Origin: Candidatus Magasanikiibacteriota bacterium
GTDB lineage: Bacteria > Patescibacteriota > Patescibacteriia > Magasanikbacterales > UBA922
NCBI GenBank assembly: GCA_014729395.1
Contig: WJJZ01000001.1
Location: 3,634 to 67,633 of the forward strand
Reading direction: 5' to 3'
DNA length: 64,000 nt
Part shown: positions 21,557 through 30,739 of the stretch, piece after piece
Numbering within the stretch: position 1 is the stretch's first letter
Layout: every line of letters begins with the position of its first letter
The notes under the pieces: model-generated
The model's input: only the letters and a program-made list of their open reading frames with translations
Told to the model about the DNA's origin: nothing
Databases searched by the model: none
Made by a program: the position numbers and the translations under genes

Positions 21557-22159
21557 TTATTTATCTTCACTTTTCTCTTGCTTTTCATCTTCACTTTTTT
21601 CATTGCTCTCATTTTTTTTCTGAACTTTTTTCTCTTCCGCTTCTTTATCGTTCTTTTCCGTTTCGTCTTTATTTTTTTCTTTTGATGGCTCAACTTTGTT
21701 ATTTTCAGATTCTTGGTTTTTCTCCTGGTTTGCCTCTTCTTTTACATCTTCCTTGACTTCTTGCTTCACGTCAGAGCCTTCCTCTGCTTTGACATCTTTT
21801 TTACTATCTTTCTTCTCTTCTTCCTTTGCGGATTCAGATTCTTCTTTTTCTTTTTTACTTTTTTCTTCTATTTTTGATCTCCTTTTGTCGGATATTGTCA
21901 CCGATTTCATTTTATCACCACTAATAATACCTTCTTTAATGAAAATATTGTTCACAGTGTTTGAAGGTTTTGCACCTTTCTCAATCCAATATTTTATTCT
22001 ATCCACTTTAAAATCAACTATTTTGGGAATAGCAACCGGATTATATAGACCTAGAATCTCCAAACTACCCGCCTGAGTGTCTTTTATTTTCTCAGATACT
22101 ATCAATCGATAATTTGGACTCTTTTTCTTCCCCATGCGTTGTAAACGAATTCGTAACAT
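21557..22159 (-). CDS. rpsP: 30S ribosomal protein bS16 with ~110-aa Lys/Glu-rich C-terminal tail
   Basis: MLRIRLQRMGKKKSPNYRLIV...LGLYNP...YWIEKGAKPS. Confidence 0.95.
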   Translation of the reverse strand: MLRIRLQRMGKKKSPNYRLIVSEKIKDTQAGSLEILGLYNPVAIPKIVDFKVDRIKYWIEKGAKPSNTVNNIFIKEGIISGDKMKSVTISDKRRSKIEEKSKKEKEESESAKEEEKKDSKKDVKAEEGSDVKQEVKEDVKEEANQEKNQESENNKVEPSKEKNKDETEKNDKEAEEKKVQKKNESNEKSEDEKQEKSEDK

Positions 22160-22250
22160 AATTTAATTTATTAAGAGTTGTAAATTTTAGAGTTGTAGAT
22201 GTTATGTTTTTAAACTTACAACTTTATAACTTATTACTTACAACTGGTTA

Positions 22251-24326
22251 TTATTTCTTTCCCTCAATTATCTGCTGGGCTACATTTTGCGGAACTTCTT
22301 CATACTTCTCAAATTCCATGGAATAGTTGGCTCTACCCTGGGTCATGGAACGCAATGATGTAGCATACCCAAACATCTCTGCCAATGGTACCAAAGCATT
22401 GACAACTTTTGATTGTCCTCGCTCGGTCATCTCTTGAACTTGACCGCGCTTTGAACTCAAATCACCAATTACATCACCCATATATTCTTCCGGAGTAATG
22501 ACTTCCACCTTCATAATCGGCTCCAAAATTATTGGATTGGCTTTTTTAGCGGCAGCCTGGAAAGCCATACTACCGGCCATTTTAAAAGCCACTTCGGATG
22601 AATCAACTTCATGGTAACTACCGTCATAACAAGTAACCTTGACATCGACAACCGGATATCCGGCTGTTACACCTTTATCAATTGCTTCTTGTACTCCTTT
22701 TTGAATAGCAGGAATATACTCCTTTGGAATGATTCCACCTTTTATTTCATCCACAAACTCAAAACCTTCACCCCTATCAAGAGCTTCCAATCGCAACCAG
22801 CAATGTCCATATTGGCCTCGTCCACCCGATTGTTTGATATACTTTCCTTCAGCTTCTGCACTTTGTTTAACCGTTTCTTTATATGCAACTTGAGGAGCGC
22901 CGACATTTGCCTCAACTTTAAACTCTCGTTTCATTCTGTCAACAATAATGTCCAAATGCAGCTCGCCCATACCCTCAATAATCGTTTGTAATGTATCTTC
23001 ATCAGTATGAACTCTAAAAGTGGGATCCTCTTCTGCTAATTTTTGCAATGCAAGTGACATCTTTTCGGCATCCGCCTTGCTGTTTGGTTCAATTGCCACG
23101 GAAATAACCGGTTCAGGAAATGTGATATTCTCCAACATAACCGGACGTGACTCATCACAAAGCGTATCCCCGGTGGTTGTTCTTTTTAGTCCGATACCGG
23201 CTGCTATGTCTCCGGAGTACACCTCATCAACCTCTTCTCGACTATTGGCATGAAGCCTAACTATACGGCCTATACGCTCTTTGTCTCCGGTCGAAGTATT
23301 ATACACATAACTACCGGCCTTAAGTGTACCTGAATATACTCGAAAAAAAGTTAATTTACCTACAAATGGATCGGTGGCAATTTTAAAAGCCAAAGCTGTA
23401 AAAGCTTCGCTATCATCAACTTTAATAGGTATTTTTTTATCCGGGTCATTCGGATCAGTACCCTCTGCCGCCGGTACATCCAAAGGAGAAGGTAAAAAAC
23501 TTACAACCGCATCCAATACCGGTTGCACACCGATATTTTGTAAAGCCGTACCACACATAACCGGATACAAATCATCATTTAACACCATCTCACGGATACC
23601 TGCTTTTATATCTTCTATACTCAAATCAGAATTTTCCAAATATTTATTCATCAAATCCTCATTGGCTTCGGCAACTTTTTCCAGCATGTCCGCTCTGTAT
23701 TTTTCAACCTTATCTTTCATATCATCCGGTATGTCAATTTCAACTACGTTAATACCATAATCACCTTCAAATTTATATGCTTTCCTTTCAATTAAATCAA
23801 TAATTCCCGAAAAAGAAGCCTCGGCCCCAATCGGTAATTGAATAGCAAAAGCGTCAGGTGACAACCTTTCTTTAATCGAATCAAGACTCATATAAAAATC
23901 AGCACCTGTCTTGTCCATTTTATTTATAAAACAAATTCTTGGAACATGATATTTGTCTGCTTGTTTCCAAACTGTTTCTGATTGCGGCTCAACTCCCTGC
24001 GAACCATCAAAAACAGCAACCGCGCCGTCTAAAACACGTAAAGATCGTTCGACTTCAACTGTAAAATCTACGTGACCGGGTGTGTCAATTATATTTATTC
24101 TGTGATCTTTCCAAAAACAAGTGGTGGCGGCACTGGTTATGGTAATACCGCGTTCTTTTTCTTGTTCCATCCAGTCCATATCAGCTTGACCTTCATGAGT
24201 CTCACCTATTTTATGCTTTTTACCGGTATAATAAAGAATACGTTCAGTCACAGTTGTCTTCCCGGCGTCAATATGAGCCATGATGCCGATATTTCTAGTT
24301 TTTTCTAAAGTATATTCTCGAGCCAT
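22251..24326 (-). CDS. fusA: Elongation factor G
   Basis: [34 protein letters not shown]. Confidence 0.99.
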   Translation of the reverse strand: MAREYTLEKTRNIGIMAHIDAGKTTVTERILYYTGKKHKIGETHEGQADMDWMEQEKERGITITSAATTCFWKDHRINIIDTPGHVDFTVEVERSLRVLDGAVAVFDGSQGVEPQSETVWKQADKYHVPRICFINKMDKTGADFYMSLDSIKERLSPDAFAIQLPIGAEASFSGIIDLIERKAYKFEGDYGINVVEIDIPDDMKDKVEKYRADMLEKVAEANEDLMNKYLENSDLSIEDIKAGIREMVLNDDLYPVMCGTALQNIGVQPVLDAVVSFLPSPLDVPAAEGTDPNDPDKKIPIKVDDSEAFTALAFKIATDPFVGKLTFFRVYSGTLKAGSYVYNTSTGDKERIGRIVRLHANSREEVDEVYSGDIAAGIGLKRTTTGDTLCDESRPVMLENITFPEPVISVAIEPNSKADAEKMSLALQKLAEEDPTFRVHTDEDTLQTIIEGMGELHLDIIVDRMKREFKVEANVGAPQVAYKETVKQSAEAEGKYIKQSGGRGQYGHCWLRLEALDRGEGFEFVDEIKGGIIPKEYIPAIQKGVQEAIDKGVTAGYPVVDVKVTCYDGSYHEVDSSEVAFKMAGSMAFQAAAKKANPIILEPIMKVEVITPEEYMGDVIGDLSSKRGQVQEMTERGQSKVVNALVPLAEMFGYATSLRSMTQGRANYSMEFEKYEEVPQNVAQQIIEGKK

Positions 24327-24352
24327 AATAAAAAATTATTTGTATAAAATAA

Positions 24353-24832
24353 TTATCTTGCAAAACGTGCAAAATGAGCAAAAGCTTTATTAGCTTCGGC
24401 CATACGATGCACATCTTCTTTCTTTTTAGCAGCACCGCCAACACCTTCAACGGCATCTTCAAGTTCAAATGCCAATTTTTCCGTCATTGATTTACCTTTC
24501 CTGGCTTTTGCCGCTGCAATAATCCACCGAAAAGCCAGAGCATCCTGCCTTTTCCCACTTACCGGCATTGGTACTTGGTAGTTGGCACCACCAACTCGTC
24601 TTGATCTTACCTCTACCTGTGGTCTGATTGCTTCCAAAGCTTTTTCAAAAACTTTTAAAGGGTCTTTATCTTTATTTTTTTTAATAATATCAAAAGCTCC
24701 ATAAACAATTGATTGTGCTGTGGTCTTTTTTCCTCTTTCCATTATATAGTTAATGAATTTTGCAACCAATTCACTATTATATTTTGGATCAGGATCAATA
24801 GTTCTTTTTTGTGCGCTTTTTCCTCTTGCCAT
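24353..24832 (-). CDS. rpsG: 30S ribosomal protein uS7
   Basis: [25 protein letters not shown]. Confidence 0.98.
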   Translation of the reverse strand: MARGKSAQKRTIDPDPKYNSELVAKFINYIMERGKKTTAQSIVYGAFDIIKKNKDKDPLKVFEKALEAIRPQVEVRSRRVGGANYQVPMPVSGKRQDALAFRWIIAAAKARKGKSMTEKLAFELEDAVEGVGGAAKKKEDVHRMAEANKAFAHFARFAR

Positions 24833-24924
24833 AATTTTAACTAATTAAATTATTTAGTTCGGAGTTAAAAGTTCTTAGTTTGGAGAAAAATACTGTGACT
24901 CCTATACCATGAACTCTAAAATGA

Positions 24925-25344
24925 TTATTTCTTGGGTTTCTTTGTTCCATATAGTGAACGACTCTTCTTTCTGCCTTCTACTCCCTGGGTATCATAAACA
25001 CCACGGACAACATGATATCTGACACCCGGCAAGTCTTTTACTCTCCCACCCCTTAGTAAAACTATAGAGTGTTCTTGCAAGTTATGCCCTTCTCCCGGAA
25101 TATATGCGATAACTTCTGAACCGTTTGATAATCTAACTTTGGCTACTTTACGCATAGCTGAGTTAGGCTTTTTTGGGGTAGTTGTATATACCTTTGTACA
25201 AACACCACGTTTAAATGGTGAACCTTTTCTTAAATATGTTTTCCTTCTGTGAAGACTGTCATATGTGAATTGCAAAGCAGGAGAAGCTGATTTCTCTTTC
25301 TTTGTTTTTCTTCCTTTTCGTAAAATTTGATTCATTGTTGGCAT
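24925..25344 (-). CDS. rpsL: 30S ribosomal protein uS12 (start MPTMNQ at 25344)
   Basis: [22 protein letters not shown]; the upstream extension in the ORF track is translated repeat. Confidence 0.98.
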   Translation of the reverse strand: MPTMNQILRKGRKTKKEKSASPALQFTYDSLHRRKTYLRKGSPFKRGVCTKVYTTTPKKPNSAMRKVAKVRLSNGSEVIAYIPGEGHNLQEHSIVLLRGGRVKDLPGVRYHVVRGVYDTQGVEGRKKSRSLYGTKKPKK

Positions 25345-25346
25345 AG

Positions 25347-25384
25347 ATTGACAATTAACAATTGACAATTAACAATTGACAATT
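25347..25384. repeat. Tandem repeat (ATTGACAATTAACA)x~2.7
   Basis: attgacaattaacaattgacaattaacaattgacaatt. Confidence 0.85.
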
Positions 25385-25401
25385 TGTGTTGATAATTATT
25401 T

Positions 25402-25596
25402 AAAAAATAAAATGTCCCCATTGGGGACGTTCGAAATTATTTCCCTATTTAGGCAAGGGTCGTATTCCGAACGTTAGTCCTGATTCAGTATCAGGATCAT
25501 CTTCACCCTATAAAAGGATTACTACGTTCAAATTTGTCTAATTTATAGTCAAAATCTGAGTATCAGAATTATAGCAAATGGGTAAAAAACTGTCAA
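25402..25596 (-). promoter_or_regulatory. rpsL operon promoter and structured leader with terminator/antiterminator
   Basis: TTGACA(25596)-17-TATAAT(25573); terminator GTCCCC-AAT-GGGGAC + T-rich tail; competing 11-bp helix. Confidence 0.65.
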
Positions 25597-25602
25597 GTAT
25601 AA

Positions 25603-25770
25603 TAATTCAGATATGCGGATAATCCGAATCTACGGATCGTTTGGTCTATAGCCCGATAATTATATATTGTTATCCAATATCCGTAACAATAAAATTTTCG
25701 TATTTGGTAATAATATATTGGATTAAAATTATACTATCCGCAAATCTGGATTATCCGCATATCCGCATTA
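25603..25770. repeat. MITE-like ~165-bp element with 9-nt periodic inverted ends (copy A)
   Basis: Ends taattcagatatgcggataatccg / tatccgcaaatctggattatccgcatatccgcatta; inverted homolog at 26845-27004. Confidence 0.75.
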
Positions 25771-25774
25771 TTAT

Positions 25775-26476
25775 TTAAAAGAAGCCAGCCCCTCCGGTAA
25801 ACAACAAATATAGATAGACTATGATTGGCGTTATCCACTGAAAAGCAAAAAATATAAAAAACAATAGTATAAAAAAGCCATATTGCTCCAAGTACATTCG
25901 AACTTTATACATGGAATCCGGCAAGATTGCGTATAAAATTTTGGAACCGTCAAGCGGTGGTATGGGAATCAAATTAAAGACCGCAAGAAGGACATTGGCA
26001 TAAATAATAATTGCAACAAGAGCATATAAAACGGCAAGAGGTGAGCCACTAGCTATATCTAATATATATTGAGGTTTACTGATAACAGCTAGTAATAAGT
26101 CAATCTTTATTTTATCCGACAACGGTAACACCCATGATACCAATGAAAACATCAGAGCGAGAATTATATTAGATGCTGGACCGGCTACTGCCACCAAAGC
26201 AGGTCCCCATTTTTGATCTTTTAAATTATATGGATTGAAAGGTACCGGTTTGGCATAAGCAAACAAAAATCTACCACCGGTTATGATAAATAAAATCAAT
26301 GGCATTAACAAAGTGCCCCACGGATCAATATGAACTTTGGGATTCAAAGATAATCGCCCTGCATATTTGGCGGTTGGGTCACCCAGCTGATTTGCCATCC
26401 AACCATGAGCATACTCATGCAAAATCGCTGAAGGTATTATTATAATAAAGAAAAATAATAATGGTATAATATCCAT
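25775..26476 (-). CDS. Site-2 protease family (M50) membrane metalloprotease
   Basis: HEYAH, AGPASN, FNLIPIPPLDG. Confidence 0.93.
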   Translation of the reverse strand: MDIIPLLFFFIIIIPSAILHEYAHGWMANQLGDPTAKYAGRLSLNPKVHIDPWGTLLMPLILFIITGGRFLFAYAKPVPFNPYNLKDQKWGPALVAVAGPASNIILALMFSLVSWVLPLSDKIKIDLLLAVISKPQYILDIASGSPLAVLYALVAIIIYANVLLAVFNLIPIPPLDGSKILYAILPDSMYKVRMYLEQYGFFILLFFIFFAFQWITPIIVYLYLLFTGGAGFF

Positions 26477-26479
26477 ATA

Positions 26480-26508
26480 TTGACAAAATATTGCTTAAAG
26501 GCTATAAT
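26480..26508 (+). promoter_or_regulatory. Consensus sigma70 promoter for rpmB
   Basis: TTGACA-17-TATAAT. Confidence 0.7.
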
Positions 26509-26642
26509 TTTTACGCTAGTTAAGTATACAATGCTAAAAGATCATAGTCAAAACCATACTAAAAGTTAATTGGAAATTGAAGATTAAGATTTATGATTTT
26601 TATTAAAGATTAGTAATTAAGTGAATTAATAATTTTAAATGT

Positions 26643-26807
26643 ATGTCCCGAACATGTGAAAAATGCGGAAAAGGACCAAAAAAAGCTGTTACAAGAAGTC
26701 ATTCAAAAATTAGAACTCTTAGAACACAAAAAGCTAATTTGCAAAAAATTAACGGAAAAAAACTCTGTACCGCTTGCATAAGAACAATGGTCAAAAAAAC
26801 CGCTTAA
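26643..26807 (+). CDS. rpmB: 50S ribosomal protein bL28 (54 aa, below the ORF-track cutoff)
   Basis: MSRTCEKCGKGPKKAVTRSHSKIRTLRTQKANLQKINGKKLCTACIRTMVKKTA; hairpin follows at 26813-26836. Confidence 0.93.
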   Translation: MSRTCEKCGKGPKKAVTRSHSKIRTLRTQKANLQKINGKKLCTACIRTMVKKTA

Positions 26808-26844
26808 AAATAACTCCCCTTTCGCGAGGGGATTTGTTATAATA

Positions 26845-27004
26845 TGATGCGGATATACGGATAATCCAGATTTACGGATAGTATGATTTTATCCCAATAT
26901 ATTATTTATAAATCCAAAGTTTCTATTGATGCGGATAGCAATATAAATTATTGGACTATAGATCAAACGATCCGAAAATCCGCATTATCCGTATATCCGT
27001 GTTA
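26845..27004. repeat. MITE-like element copy B
   Basis: Reverse-complement homolog of 25603-25770 across ends and interior. Confidence 0.75.
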
Positions 27005-27011
27005 TTACAAA

Positions 27012-27088
27012 CGGGGTGTAGCTCAGTTGGCTAGAGCGCGCGCATGGGGTGCGTGAGGTCGCTGGTTCAAGTCCAGTCATCCCGACCA
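27012..27088 (+). tRNA. tRNA-Pro(GGG)
   Basis: CGGGGTGTAGCTCAG...CGCGC-AT-GGG-GT-GCGTG...GTTCAAGTC...CCCGACCA. Confidence 0.95.
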
Positions 27089-27089
27089 G

Positions 27090-27166
27090 CGGGATATGGC
27101 CTAATTGGCTAGGGCGCACGCTTCGGGTGCGTGAGGTTCCGGGTTCAAGTCCCGGTATCCCGACCA
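27090..27166 (+). tRNA. tRNA-Pro(CGG), 1 nt downstream of the first tRNA-Pro
   Basis: CGGGATATGGCCTAATTGG...CACGC-TT-CGG-GT-GCGTG...GTTCAAGTC...CCCGACCA. Confidence 0.93.
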
Positions 27167-27265
27167 TTCGACTCGTCCCGACTCTGTCGGGACTCACTCA
27201 TGGTCTTCGACCTTATAATATAAATGAATTATTGCAAATAAAAAAGTCGAATACCCTGAGCGAAC
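27163..27265. repeat. REP-like palindromic element at the tRNA 3' end
   Basis: accattcgactc-gtcccgactctgtcgggac-tcactcatggt plus inverted half gtcgaataccctgagcga; homolog at 53205-53246. Confidence 0.7.
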
Positions 27266-27283
27266 TAAAGGATTGGAAGATAA

Positions 27284-27366
27284 CATTATGTTTATTTATC
27301 ATTATCTTCAAATCAAAATATATATTGCAAATCAACTTTTAATTTAAAAAATAGATTAAAGAACAC
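27284..27366 (+). pseudogene. Degenerate N-terminal fragment of a GIY-YIG nuclease
   Basis: HYVYLSLSSNQNIYCKSTFNLKNRLK then frameshifted EH; resembles YVY..Y(I/T)GST.(D/N)L..RL.EH; no start codon. Confidence 0.55.
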
Positions 27367-27372
27367 AAAAAA

Positions 27373-27402
27373 TACAAAAGCCCCTATAAAGGGGTTTTTG
27401 TG
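27373..27402. terminator. Bidirectional intrinsic terminator
   Basis: caaaagcccct-ata-aaggggtttttg flanked by A/T runs. Confidence 0.75.
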
Positions 27403-27404
27403 TA

Positions 27405-27544
27405 ACCTACATAAAAACGACATGATCGCCATCCCTAATGTACTAGGTGGGTAACCGCAATCTTAGCCCACGAGCCAAGATGATATAAGTTTCCCTATGA
27501 GACGATTTCGACGAATGAGATTATGCCGTTTTTTTGCTGTAGGT
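27405..27544 (-). ncRNA. Candidate structured small RNA (~140 nt), family unassigned
   Basis: Consensus promoter upstream, terminator downstream, long terminal helix, three internal hairpins, no credible ORF. Confidence 0.65.
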
Positions 27545-27550
27545 GATTTT

Positions 27551-27579
27551 ATTATATATTTATAAAATCCTTGTGTCAA
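27551..27579 (-). promoter_or_regulatory. Consensus sigma70 promoter of the candidate sRNA
   Basis: TTGACA-CAAGGATTTTATAAATA(17)-TATAAT. Confidence 0.75.
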
Positions 27580-27663
27580 ATCTTAAAAAAATTAATTGTT
27601 GTTAAGCTGTGAATTATTTAAAAAAAGCAGGCATGTAGAAAACACACCTGCTGGTTTTTACTA

Positions 27664-28941
27664 TCACACCAGACGAAGTTCCGCCTGATGAAACAGATCT
27701 ACGGCCTGATCAAATGTTGGGGCAATGGCAATCAAGCCGGCTTTACCAAGACCCAGTGAAATGAGCGGGGTGTGATACATGAGCACACCCGAAGTGGAAT
27801 TACCATGATAAAACAGATCATCCAGCAGGGCACGTGCCTCGCTGTAGTCTTTGATCGACTTTCTTACCGAGACATTAGCCATTGCGACTACCACACCGGA
27901 GTCAAAATTTTCGACCACTGACCGGTGAACACCGGCCGTGTACATAGAATTCGACGTCCGTGCGTTGCATTCCAACAGAAAAATGTCATCATACTCTGTT
28001 AGAAGCAAGTCTAGACCAATCTTACCACGATAACCTGAATTCTGTACTACGGACATAAGCGGCATTGTCAACTCAACCGCCCTTTTCACAATCAACCATG
28101 ATAACGGACCCAAGTCACTACCGAAAGAGCCGACAATATTACCGCGGTGAGGAATACCACGTTTTAAGTCTTCCATCTGAACCAATTCCCCCATCGGCAC
28201 ACCATCCAAGACTTGTAGAGAGAAGCAATGCAAATGAATATCCATATCACTGATTTCAAAAACCAAAGAAAATGGATAGTGCTCATAAGCCTCTTCTACA
28301 ATCAATCGACTCGAATTTAACTCAGAGAGATCTCTATTTGATAAATCCTCTCCGGGGCCCAAAAAAACCATACCTTCTGATGAAGCCGCATCCGGAACTT
28401 TTACCACGAAACCGTGCGCATTACAGCGTTTACGAAGAGCAGTTCCCAATTCACCGTTTCCCGAATTCACGACCCGATGCTCCGGAAACAAATGAGACAA
28501 ACCCTTGCTAGAGGAGACCTTTCGCAAGTAATCTTTTCTACCCCAAATGTCGGCTATTTCCCTCCGCGGTGTGCAGGTGGTATCCCAGTCGAGCTCGGCG
28601 TCTCGAATAAAATTTTCAGCAGCCGGAGAAGCGCAAAAAAGATCTATCTTCGAGCCCTTGGAAACCACTCCCCTTACCATTCTCAAACTTTTAGAATCAG
28701 ACAAGACCCCGCCGTAAAGACCGGTGCCATTTACCGGCACTTCCACAACTTTAACTTTGGAACTTTTTACACCTGCTTCTTCATAATCACGCAGAAGCAG
28801 GGAAAGTTCCTCGTCACCGGAAGGCACCACTACTGTTCTACCGCCCAACAAGAGAGCGCGATAGCAGTACCTCTCTATGCCATCCACACGCTGTAGGTGC
28901 GGAAAGTCACCCGCAACATCGTGTATCGTCACGTTTCCCAT
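27664..28941 (-). CDS. ATP-grasp protein, PGM1-like peptide ligase family
   Basis: FVVKVPDAASSEG, LIVEE, GYRGKIGLDLLL...LLECNAR; SD CGGAGG. Confidence 0.65.
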   Translation of the reverse strand: MGNVTIHDVAGDFPHLQRVDGIERYCYRALLLGGRTVVVPSGDEELSLLLRDYEEAGVKSSKVKVVEVPVNGTGLYGGVLSDSKSLRMVRGVVSKGSKIDLFCASPAAENFIRDAELDWDTTCTPRREIADIWGRKDYLRKVSSSKGLSHLFPEHRVVNSGNGELGTALRKRCNAHGFVVKVPDAASSEGMVFLGPGEDLSNRDLSELNSSRLIVEEAYEHYPFSLVFEISDMDIHLHCFSLQVLDGVPMGELVQMEDLKRGIPHRGNIVGSFGSDLGPLSWLIVKRAVELTMPLMSVVQNSGYRGKIGLDLLLTEYDDIFLLECNARTSNSMYTAGVHRSVVENFDSGVVVAMANVSVRKSIKDYSEARALLDDLFYHGNSTSGVLMYHTPLISLGLGKAGLIAIAPTFDQAVDLFHQAELRLV

Positions 28942-29041
28942 GATATCCTCCGTGATTTTTTCCTTAGTAACAAAGGACTGGTCATATTACCAATATAATC
29001 AATCCATTATTAATAATATTTGAATGAACTAAATTAAAAAA

Positions 29042-29824
29042 CTACGAAATTTGAATAGCTTTTTTCTGTTTAATTTTTTCTTTCTGTAATTGTTGCTCAC
29101 TAACATAATCTACAAATAGATGAAGAACTTTTGCCGCTTCAGGGGTGTCTTTAAAGTCTTCAAGCAGTTCTTCCATAGTTGTACCTTTGGGTACATAATT
29201 GGGAAATAATTTCAGTCTGGCTCTCATTCTTTCTTGATTTAATTCGGGATGAAACATCAAACCCCAGGCGGGTTTATTTTTTAATCGAAAAGCCTGACAC
29301 GATACTTTTTTCGTTTTTGCCAACTGTAGCAAATGCGAAGGTAAATTAATTGGAGTGGTTTTATGACCAAATTGTGCTAAAAAAGTCGACTTTAACCGAC
29401 TGAAAATCGGATCTTTTTCCGAGTCAGGCAGCAATTCAACTTGAAACGTTCCAACTTCTTGAAATTTTTCATCAGTACTAAGATCAGCGCCTTGATGAAA
29501 TGATAATAAATGCCCACCATAACAAACACCCATTAATGGAATATTTTTTTCAAGTATAGAATCAATAAAACGAAGAGTATTTCTTATCCATTCATTATTT
29601 TTTACCTCTTCGGTACTCAAATAAAATTGTCCACTGCCACCCATTATAACACCGGCTACATCTTCCGGAATAAATTCGGGCAGCTCGCCTTTCGCTGCGT
29701 TTACATAAAACAGATCATATCCACAAGCTTTTAATTCTTCATTATAACAATCCTGCTCTTGGGGCTCGGATGCGTCTGTGCGAAACTGCACAATATAAAT
29801 CTTCTTTAAAATTTCATCGGGCAT
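29042..29824 (-). CDS. Class I glutamine amidotransferase / gamma-glutamyl hydrolase-like protein
   Basis: GVIMGGSG, MGVCYGGHLL, GLMFHPE triad. Confidence 0.88.
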   Translation of the reverse strand: MPDEILKKIYIVQFRTDASEPQEQDCYNEELKACGYDLFYVNAAKGELPEFIPEDVAGVIMGGSGQFYLSTEEVKNNEWIRNTLRFIDSILEKNIPLMGVCYGGHLLSFHQGADLSTDEKFQEVGTFQVELLPDSEKDPIFSRLKSTFLAQFGHKTTPINLPSHLLQLAKTKKVSCQAFRLKNKPAWGLMFHPELNQERMRARLKLFPNYVPKGTTMEELLEDFKDTPEAAKVLHLFVDYVSEQQLQKEKIKQKKAIQIS

Positions 29825-29859
29825 AATTTTTCTATTATTGATTAAAATTAATTTAATTT

Positions 29860-30029
29860 TAAACCGCCTATTCTTTAGGCGGCAGTGTTTCCAAGTATTT
29901 TTTGTTTTTTCTAAATACGCAAATCACTGCCCCCGGGAACTAGGAGTATAATATAAATAAATACAATCCATTGTGGCATGTGATTTTGCATATTAAAATT
30001 ATTATACTAATTTCTTGATTCACTTTCAA
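29860..30029 (-). promoter_or_regulatory. Promoter, 26-aa Ile/Leu/Val-rich leader ORF (29911-29991) and attenuator
   Basis: TTGAAA-17-TATAAT; MQNHMPQWIVFIYIILLVPGGSDLRI; GGCAGTG/CACTGCC overlaps hairpin CCGCCTA..TAGGCGG. Confidence 0.55.
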
Positions 30030-30151
30030 TACTTGATTGTGGATATAGTTTTAGTGTGGTAAAACACTCTTCCGCTTCACCTGCTCACAATAATTTTATG
30101 AACAAATTGCGCGGACCCTTCAGACTTGGCCGCGCCATACTGAAGGGCCGT

Positions 30152-30364
30152 TTAACCAGGCCGGACTGTATTATTCTGCATGGAATAATCCAACCCGACG
30201 ATCACTCGATCCCAACTGTCCAATTGGGCCTCGAGTACTCTAGCCTCCTTTGTGTCCTCTCTTTCCCAGGCACTCAAAAGTGCCTCTTCAACCCTCCTCA
30301 TTTCCTCACCTACTTCTTTTAGCTGTTGGGCATAAAAGTGATAGGCTTTTCCATATTTAGTCAT
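30152..30364 (-). CDS. Small hypothetical coiled-coil protein (70 aa)
   Basis: Strong SD AAGGAGGTG before ATG; helical heptad pattern. Confidence 0.65.
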   Translation of the reverse strand: MTKYGKAYHFYAQQLKEVGEEMRRVEEALLSAWEREDTKEARVLEAQLDSWDRVIVGLDYSMQNNTVRPG

Positions 30365-30447
30365 GTTGCACCTCCTTGTTTTTTCGAACGATTATCCGTT
30401 CGTGAAAACCCTCCCGGCTTTCACGAAAAGATAATTCGCCTCAAATT

Positions 30448-30687
30448 AAAACCATCCTGGTCTTCTCAGGATGGTTTACTTATAATTTTTTTATGCTCTT
30501 TATATATACGCATACTTTGCTTTTGTCAAGTAAACCATCCTCGATGCCGGAATTAGGTTAATCACAATATTCATCACAAAATATGCCTTCCAGCTGAGGT
30601 TGCCTGCATAAAAGCGAATTGTATGAGTAAAATTATTCATAATTTTTTCTTCATGTTTTAGTGTAGTAAAACACTAACAGATTGTCA
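30448..30687 (-). promoter_or_regulatory. Promoter and leader with terminator/14-bp antiterminator
   Basis: TTGACA-17-TACACT; AGGATGGTTTACTT complementary to AAGTAAACCATCCT, the 5' arm of AAACCATCCTG..CAGGATGGTTTT. Confidence 0.5.
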
Positions 30688-30739
30688 ACAGATTTATCCA
30701 CAACTACACAGTAACAAAACAACCTAACGCCTTCAATAA

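Noticed and set aside
25345-25368. N-terminal MSIVNCQS extension of uS12 in the ORF track
   Set aside because: It is translated tandem repeat; the conserved start is MPT at 25344
26985-27342. ORFs of 70 and 97 aa over the tRNA-Pro pair
   Set aside because: They overlap two clear tRNA genes
30694-30702. DnaA box TTATCCACA as a possible oriC
   Set aside because: Single perfect box, no cluster, no dnaA/dnaN nearby
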